Of a stretch of 64,000 nt of DNA, positions 58,844-64,000 are shown piece by piece. The stretch spans positions 12,675 to 76,674 of the forward strand of contig JAVJSW010000033.1 in the NCBI GenBank assembly GCA_040219255.1, in the 5' to 3' direction. The notes under the pieces were generated by a model. It saw nothing but the letters and a program-made list of their open reading frames with translations. It did not search any database and was not told where the DNA came from. Made by a program: the position numbers and the translations under genes. This DNA is from Sumerlaeia bacterium (GTDB lineage Bacteria > Sumerlaeota > Sumerlaeia > SLMS01 > JAHLLQ01). Position 1 is the first letter of the stretch. Every line of letters begins with the position of its first letter.

Positions 58844-60049
58844 CTATCTCGCTCCGCCGCTCGCCTGCGAGAAGGTGTGGCCTTCTCCCCGGTAGCGGTC
58901 GAGAAAGGCGAGAATGTCCGAGGTGCGCGAGGATTTGCTGATCATCAGCACCTTCCATTCGCCTCCTTTCTCCAGGAAAGCGAACGCCGGGACCCGGAAG
59001 ATGCCCAAGTCCCCAAAGCGGTCGCGAAAGTGATCGCCATCGACGTTGACATACAACGCCGGTTGCAGTGCGAAATACGGGATGGCGGAAGCGTTTTGCA
59101 GGAATCCGCTCTCGAAGGCGCGGCACAGATCGCTGTCCTTCATGCGGAAATAAACCAACACGCGGCCGTGCTCCTCCAAGAGACGGTCGCGCTCCACGCT
59201 GGTAAAGGGAGTCCACTGGCTCTGGACCGACGACACGCCGTTCATCTGGCGGGCCGTGGCGGTGCGCAAGGCGCCTAGGCTCAGGATCGAATTGTCCGAT
59301 TCGTCCTTCTTCGCCGCCCGCGGATCGGGCGTCCAGACGAACTCGCCCGAGGAAAGGCGCACCGCGTACTTATAGCGCGCTTCCTCCTCGGGCACGGCCA
59401 GGGTGCGATACCAGAGCCCATCGCCGGCCGGTAGCATCAGCGCGTTGCGATCCGTCACCACGCCGTCCTTGTTGTCGGCCCAGTTGTTGAAACTCCCCGC
59501 CAGGAACACATTCATCGCTTCGGGTGCGTAGTAGGTGAACAGGACGCGCCCCTCCTGGCCGAGGCGCACGGGAGCCATGGCGCGCGCCAGATGCACCCCG
59601 TACTCGCTCTCCAGCTCCGCGGGCGTCAGATCGCCCGGCATGTAGGAACCGCGGCTGATGATCGCGTCCTGGCTCTCCGCCATGAAGATGTCGCACTGGC
59701 CCAGCCACCCGTTGTCCGCCGCCGCGTCGTTGTCCGTCGCCCAATGGAACAGGATTCCCGGGTTGGACTGGACTACGGTGGCCACACCCCAGACGCCATC
59801 GTTCGCCGCGCCGTCCTGATGCTGTCCGTCGTCGAACATCGGGTACCGGGGAAAGCCGCCCCAGTCTTCCAGGTACTCGCCCGTGCGCGGGTCCCAATTG
59901 GCCGTGAAGAACACCGCCGGCGGAGGCGCCGGGTTGTGCGAGTCGTCATAGACGAGAACGACCGGGATCGCCTTGGCGGCGGCACCCGAGGCGGCCAACA
60001 GCGCAACAAGGGCCAGTGAAGTGAGGCGGAGGCGGAACTTTGGAGTCAT
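58844..60049 (-). CDS. Secreted protein with choice-of-anchor-X-like motif, CBM48/E-set domain and thioredoxin-like C-terminus
   Basis: Signal peptide; MFDDGQHQDGAANDGVW; VFLAGSFNNW...YKY...WTPDP; C-terminal VLVYF...C...GIFRVPAF. Confidence 0.72.
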   Translation of the reverse strand: MTPKFRLRLTSLALVALLAASGAAAKAIPVVLVYDDSHNPAPPPAVFFTANWDPRTGEYLEDWGGFPRYPMFDDGQHQDGAANDGVWGVATVVQSNPGILFHWATDNDAAADNGWLGQCDIFMAESQDAIISRGSYMPGDLTPAELESEYGVHLARAMAPVRLGQEGRVLFTYYAPEAMNVFLAGSFNNWADNKDGVVTDRNALMLPAGDGLWYRTLAVPEEEARYKYAVRLSSGEFVWTPDPRAAKKDESDNSILSLGALRTATARQMNGVSSVQSQWTPFTSVERDRLLEEHGRVLVYFRMKDSDLCRAFESGFLQNASAIPYFALQPALYVNVDGDHFRDRFGDLGIFRVPAFAFLEKGGEWKVLMISKSSRTSDILAFLDRYRGEGHTFSQASGGAR

Positions 60050-60129
60050 TGGCCGGGCCTTCCGATAGGGGAATGTGAATGGAGGGGTGCAAAAAAAATC
60101 AAACGGCGAAGCGACGGCAGGCGGAGTCT

Positions 60130-60143
60130 GTAAGCGCATTGAC
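60130..60143. promoter_or_regulatory. LacI-family-like operator, copy 2 (inverted)
   Basis: GTAAGCGCATTGAC matches the reverse complement of copies 1 and 3 at 12 of 14 positions. Confidence 0.6.
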
Positions 60144-60248
60144 AAAAGAAGGACTTTTCGCCTCTCTGGTCTCATCTCCAAGATATCGGTCTATGGATGG
60201 AGGTTTCGCCGAGAGAGGTGGGAGCCCGCAGGCGGAATGCAATCGCAC

Positions 60249-60289
60249 GTCATAGCGCTTACACTGCAATCAAGGGCTTGATCTGTCAA
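60249..60289 (-). promoter_or_regulatory. LacI-like operator copy 3, overlapping a putative minus-strand promoter
   Basis: GTCATAGCGCTTAC at 60249-60262; minus-strand TTGACA at 60289-60284, whose expected -10 position abuts the operator. Confidence 0.62.
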
Positions 60290-60459
60290 TGAAAAATCTA
60301 CCGCGCCCAAGGACGCGCCCGCGCTTTCTCAAGGATGCCCTGCGGATGCTTGAATCGAGTGGTTTTGTCTGTGGGAAGAGTGTGGCGGAGGGGGGTGGTA
60401 GAGGCGGGTGCGCAAGAATTCGCCCGCGTGTTTTCTGGACGATTTTCGAGGGGAGCCGT

Positions 60460-61047
60460 TTACGCCGGCGCGTTCGCCGCCTTTGGATCGTCGTGGTGGC
60501 CGTGCTCGTGATCGTGCTCATGCTCGGGCAGGCATTGCAATTCGCACTCGTGATTCTCGCACAGTTCGCAACTGGGCTTGCCGGGACAGGCGAAGCCGTG
60601 CTCGTGCAGCTTCTCCCGGAAGGCGGAGGCCACGGGGTCGTCGCTCAGGGCGAAGTGTAGGTAGTTGAGCAGTTTCTGCCGGGTTTCCGTGCTGACCAGA
60701 TGCTCCACTTTGCAGGAGTCGATTTCCGCCTGATCGAGGTCCACCCCCAACACATCGACCAGGAAGTGGACGAAGGAGCGGTTGGCGACGCGGACGCTGT
60801 GGGCGACGCGCTGGCCTTCCACCGTCAGGTTCAGGAAGCGGTTGTGGTCCTCGGCGACGAAGCCTTTGTCCTTCAGGGTACGGATACTGACGGAGGCGGA
60901 ACCGGGGGTGATCTCCAATTCCCGGGCCACGTCGGTGACGCGGGCGTAGCCTTGGCGCGTCAGGAGGTCGTGGATCGCCATCAGGTAATGGGCCATGCTG
61001 TGGGTGATGTTGTTGGCGTCGAACTGTTTCCAGACCTGAATGCTCAC
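60460..61047 (-). CDS. DtxR/MntR family metal-dependent regulator with Cys/His-rich tail
   Basis: HYLMAIHDL...ARVTDVARELEIT..S.S...LT.EG...FL.DVLGV....AEIDSCKVEH. Confidence 0.88.
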   Translation of the reverse strand: MSIQVWKQFDANNITHSMAHYLMAIHDLLTRQGYARVTDVARELEITPGSASVSIRTLKDKGFVAEDHNRFLNLTVEGQRVAHSVRVANRSFVHFLVDVLGVDLDQAEIDSCKVEHLVSTETRQKLLNYLHFALSDDPVASAFREKLHEHGFACPGKPSCELCENHECELQCLPEHEHDHEHGHHDDPKAANAPA

Positions 61048-61278
61048 GGTGTGGGCTCCTGTCGCGGCTTGCGGTGGGAAGGGCGGGCGCTGGAACGAAA
61101 AATTCGCGGGGCGCGCACCTGCCAACCGGTTTCACGGTGTCGGATTTGGCCGATCCAGGCAAGGAAAACGACACATGAGACCAGAGTAGCAACTTTTTCG
61201 CCTCTTGCGTCTGGCTCCGCCACCCGGCACGATCGATGCGCCTGAATGGGCCATTCTCTTGTCAGGAGGGCGCACGCC

Positions 61279-61662
61279 ATGAGTTTACTGTCCGGATTGA
61301 TGGGCAACGCCAGCGAGGTGAAGCTCGACCAAATCCAGGAGGAGTTCGCCCCCCTCCTGATTCCCGGCGAGGAGTTGCAGCGCGCCTACCGCGTCATGCG
61401 CGACATGATGGTTTTCTCGAACAAGCGCCTGATCCTGGTCGACAAGCAGGGTGTGACGGGCAAGAAGCGCGAGTACCTCTCCATCCCCTACGACTCGGTC
61501 ACCCGCTTTTCCAAGGAAAGCATGGGCCTGATGGACCTGGACGCGGAGCTGAAAATCTGGATCCGCGGCGAGTCCCTTCCGATCAGCAAGACCTTCAACA
61601 AAGACGGCAACGTCAACGAAGTCTACCAAGTCCTCGCCTACTACGTCCTGGGGGCGTCCTAA
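61279..61662 (+). CDS. Bacterial PH-domain protein (bPH_1)
   Basis: LMGNASEV, RDMMVFSNKRLILVDKQGVTGKK.EY.SIPY, DLDAELKIW; AGGAGG SD. Confidence 0.9.
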   Translation: MSLLSGLMGNASEVKLDQIQEEFAPLLIPGEELQRAYRVMRDMMVFSNKRLILVDKQGVTGKKREYLSIPYDSVTRFSKESMGLMDLDAELKIWIRGESLPISKTFNKDGNVNEVYQVLAYYVLGAS

Positions 61663-61697
61663 GACGAGGTCGCGCCCGCGGAGGGAGAACGGCGGCG

Positions 61698-62339
61698 GTG
61701 AACTATCTGGCTCATTTGGTCCTCTCCGATCATTCGCCCGAGAGCATGGTCGGGAACGTCCTGGCGGATTTTATCCGGGGCCGGGCGCCAATGGAATTGC
61801 TCGAGCCTCGCGTGCGCGTGGGCGTCCGGGTGCACCGGGCGGTGGACCGCTTCTGTGACGAACACGCGGAAGTGCGCGCCTGTGGCGCTCTGCTGAAACC
61901 GCGCTGGGGGCGGTACTCGGGCATCATCACGGACATCTACTTCGACTATGTCCTCGCCTCTGGATGGGACGATTTCGGCCCGCGCCACGCCAGCCTGCGA
62001 GCCTTCGCCGATCAGGCCTACACCGCTTTCGCGGCCTACCGCGACCGCATGCCGGATCGCATGCAGCGGGTGACCGATGGCCTGACGCGCGGCGATGGCC
62101 TCGTGCGCTACGGCACGCTCGATGGGATCGAGGACGCCCTCACGCGGGTCAGCCGGCGCTTCTCGCGGCCCATCGAACTGGCCGGAGCCATCGAGGATTT
62201 GATTGAGCACCGCGACGCCCTGGCGGCACACTTCGCGCTTTACTGGCCGCAGGCCCGCGCCCACGCCGCCCGCGAACGCGACCGTTTCCTGCGCGAAGCC
62301 GGCCTCGATCCCCTCTCCCTAGATTCCGCCCCCTCATGA
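61698..62339 (+). CDS. acpH: Acyl carrier protein phosphodiesterase
   Basis: MNYLAHL..S, GN.LADF.RG, G...HR.VD.F.D.H, DIYFDY. Confidence 0.85.
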   Translation: MNYLAHLVLSDHSPESMVGNVLADFIRGRAPMELLEPRVRVGVRVHRAVDRFCDEHAEVRACGALLKPRWGRYSGIITDIYFDYVLASGWDDFGPRHASLRAFADQAYTAFAAYRDRMPDRMQRVTDGLTRGDGLVRYGTLDGIEDALTRVSRRFSRPIELAGAIEDLIEHRDALAAHFALYWPQARAHAARERDRFLREAGLDPLSLDSAPS

Positions 62340-62605
62340 TTTTCATCGGCATCGTTTTCTTCGCCACCTTCCTCCTCTTCGGAGCCCTGGCCTTCTATGG
62401 TCTGCAAATGAGCAGCGAAGCGGACAAGAAGGGCGAAGGGCGCAAGCTCTCCAACAATCAATGGCGCGCCCTGGCTTGGGGCACGGTCATCTTCATGGGC
62501 ATCGTCATGGCCTTGATCGAGTACGCCATCCTGGTGAAAGACAACCCGGAAGGCCACATCCGCCACACGGATGAGTATCTGGCGCCGGCGGAGGGCGGGG
62601 AGTAG
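62336..62605 (+). CDS. Small two-TM membrane protein
   Basis: ATGA overlap with acpH; two hydrophobic segments; host-like codons. Confidence 0.7.
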   Translation: MIFIGIVFFATFLLFGALAFYGLQMSSEADKKGEGRKLSNNQWRALAWGTVIFMGIVMALIEYAILVKDNPEGHIRHTDEYLAPAEGGE

Positions 62606-63273
62606 AGGAGCGGCCTCGTTCGCCCTGCTCATTCTGCGCGGACACGATGCCAAGGGTCAGTTCGCTCACCTTGGGTTTGGATTGTTTTTGGGTAGGTCTG
62701 AAAAGGCCAATCAAAATCAAGAAAAAGGCGAATAACTGATATCAGAGAGTTGCCTCTTCTTTCCCGTGAGAAGTTTTTGCTAGCCATCGGTTTTTGCTTT
62801 GGTTTCGCGGCTTGGTCTAGCAAATGGCTTGGCGTCCGTCTGATAGATTTGGTTTTTGATCTGCGAAGGCGTATGCCGTAAACCGGCGGCTCGGGAAGCC
62901 GGTGATGTTCTCCGTTCGGTATCGAGGCCCGATGACCCTCGCCCCCGGCCACAATGCCGTTGACTCGCGGCCCTTCGCGTCGGCATAGGACGCGGCCAAC
63001 TTGGCTCATTTGCGGGCCGGTGGGTTGGCGTTTTCATGAATCTTCGAACAATCCCAAAAACGTTTCGCGGTGCCCCGGGGGCTTTGCGCCTGGGCGCCGG
63101 GGGGCGAACGCGCAGGCGCGCGATGACGGATTGATCGCGGCGCGGCGGATGGGGTCTCTTGGATAAAGGGCCCTCCGCCGCGCCGCGCGTTTCAGGCGAG
63201 ATTCCCGATTGCCCAACCGGCCGTTCCGCGCACGGTGCCGGTGACACTTGATCTCAAAAGGACACGCAACACC

Positions 63274-64000
63274 ATGGGCATGTGGATTGGACGCGGGCGT
63301 AAAGCGCGCCGCGCCTACGGCCTCGATGAAATCGCCCTCGTACCGGGCAACGTAACCCTCGACCCGGAGGACACCGATACGTCCTGGCAGGTGGGCCAGC
63401 ACAAGTTCGCCATTCCCATCCTGGCCGCCGCCATGGACGGTGTGGTGGACGTTCCCTTTGCTATCGAAATGGGCCGGTCGGGCGGCATCGGCATCCTGAA
63501 CCTGGAAGGCGTCCAGACCCGCTATGACGATCCGGCGGAGGTCTTGCAGGCCATCGCCACCGCCGACCCGGACAAGGCCACGCCGCTCCTGCAGAAGGTC
63601 TACACCGCGCCCATCAAGGAAGAGCTGATCGCCCGCCGCGTGGAAGAAATCAAGGCCGCCGGCGTCAAAGCCGTCGTCAGCTCGATCCCGAACAAAGCCC
63701 GCCGCTACGGAGCCATCGCCAAGGAAGCGGGCGTCGACATCTTCGTCGTTCAAAGCACCGTCACCACCGTGCGCTTTGTCAGCAGCCGCAGCGACACGCT
63801 CGACTTCAGGACCTTCATTCAAAAGGACATGGCTGGCGTGCCGGTCATCGTCGGCAACACCGTGACCAGCGAAGCCTGCCTCGAACTGATGGCCTGCGAA
63901 CCGGCCGCCGTCCTGGTTGGCGTCGGTCCCGGCGAAGCCTGCACCACCCGCGGCGTGCTGGGCCTCGGCGTACCCCAGGTCACCGCCACCGCGGACTGCG
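63274..64000 (+). CDS. GuaB3-family IMP dehydrogenase-related protein (3'-truncated by window edge; absent from the ORF track)
   Basis: Hand translation: MGMWIGRGRKARRAYGLDEIALVPG...AAMDGVVD...LNLEGVQTRY...VGVGPGEACTTRGVLG. Confidence 0.92.
   Translation, partial: MGMWIGRGRKARRAYGLDEIALVPGNVTLDPEDTDTSWQVGQHKFAIPILAAAMDGVVDVPFAIEMGRSGGIGILNLEGVQTRYDDPAEVLQAIATADPDKATPLLQKVYTAPIKEELIARRVEEIKAAGVKAVVSSIPNKARRYGAIAKEAGVDIFVVQSTVTTVRFVSSRSDTLDFRTFIQKDMAGVPVIVGNTVTSEACLELMACEPAAVLVGVGPGEACTTRGVLGLGVPQVTATADC

Noticed and set aside
62840-62905. Purine riboswitch suggested by CCGTAAA upstream of guaB3
   Set aside because: Lacks the conserved GATATGG loop and GTTTCTAC junction.
63070-63125. ZTP riboswitch suggested by CGCCTGGGC
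   Set aside because: The required 5' GACTGGCG...GGTGG...CCAC.GGG element is not present.
1-64000. tRNA, rRNA or intact transposase genes
   Set aside because: No cloverleaf/T-loop signatures, rRNA-like tracts or transposase motifs were recognised by eye; tRNAscan-SE and Rfam would be needed to exclude them formally.

Overview
High-GC bacterial chromosomal window, densely coding. The mix of carboxypeptidase-regulatory-domain paralogs, PEGA/TPR proteins and GTAG REP hairpins suggests a PVC- or Sumerlaeota-like diderm; this is inference only. Housekeeping and metabolic genes: exbD-tonB-TPR, Sel1 repeat, PLD, rpsU, mreB, rodA, gpsA, gltBD, a GuaB3-type IMPDH, several lone ABC components, a hybrid histidine kinase, and alpha-glucan enzymes (GH13, GH66, CBM48-like). 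Three visibly lower-GC accessory patches lie at about 16.0-17.4 kb, 30.0-33.3 kb and 35.9-37.8 kb. The best novelty candidate is the four-gene operon at 30062-33308. It encodes a signal-peptide-bearing, 9-Cys small protein with an internal double-glycine-type leader, a membrane-anchored unknown protein, an exported C39-peptidase/rhodanese fusion, and a MauE/DoxX protein. This looks like an extracytoplasmic maturation system for a disulfide-rich peptide (RiPP-like). It is followed by an integrase remnant and a second cassette: a CBM48-TPR gene with an in-frame TGA, a Pro/Cys-rich secreted protein with a toxin-like low-GC C-terminus, and a possible partner gene. Other observations are a thrice-repeated LacI-type operator upstream of the glucan genes, a 22-aa insertion in MreB, and an ABC operon apparently split by two large paralogs. 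All calls come from motif recognition by eye; no database searches were run.
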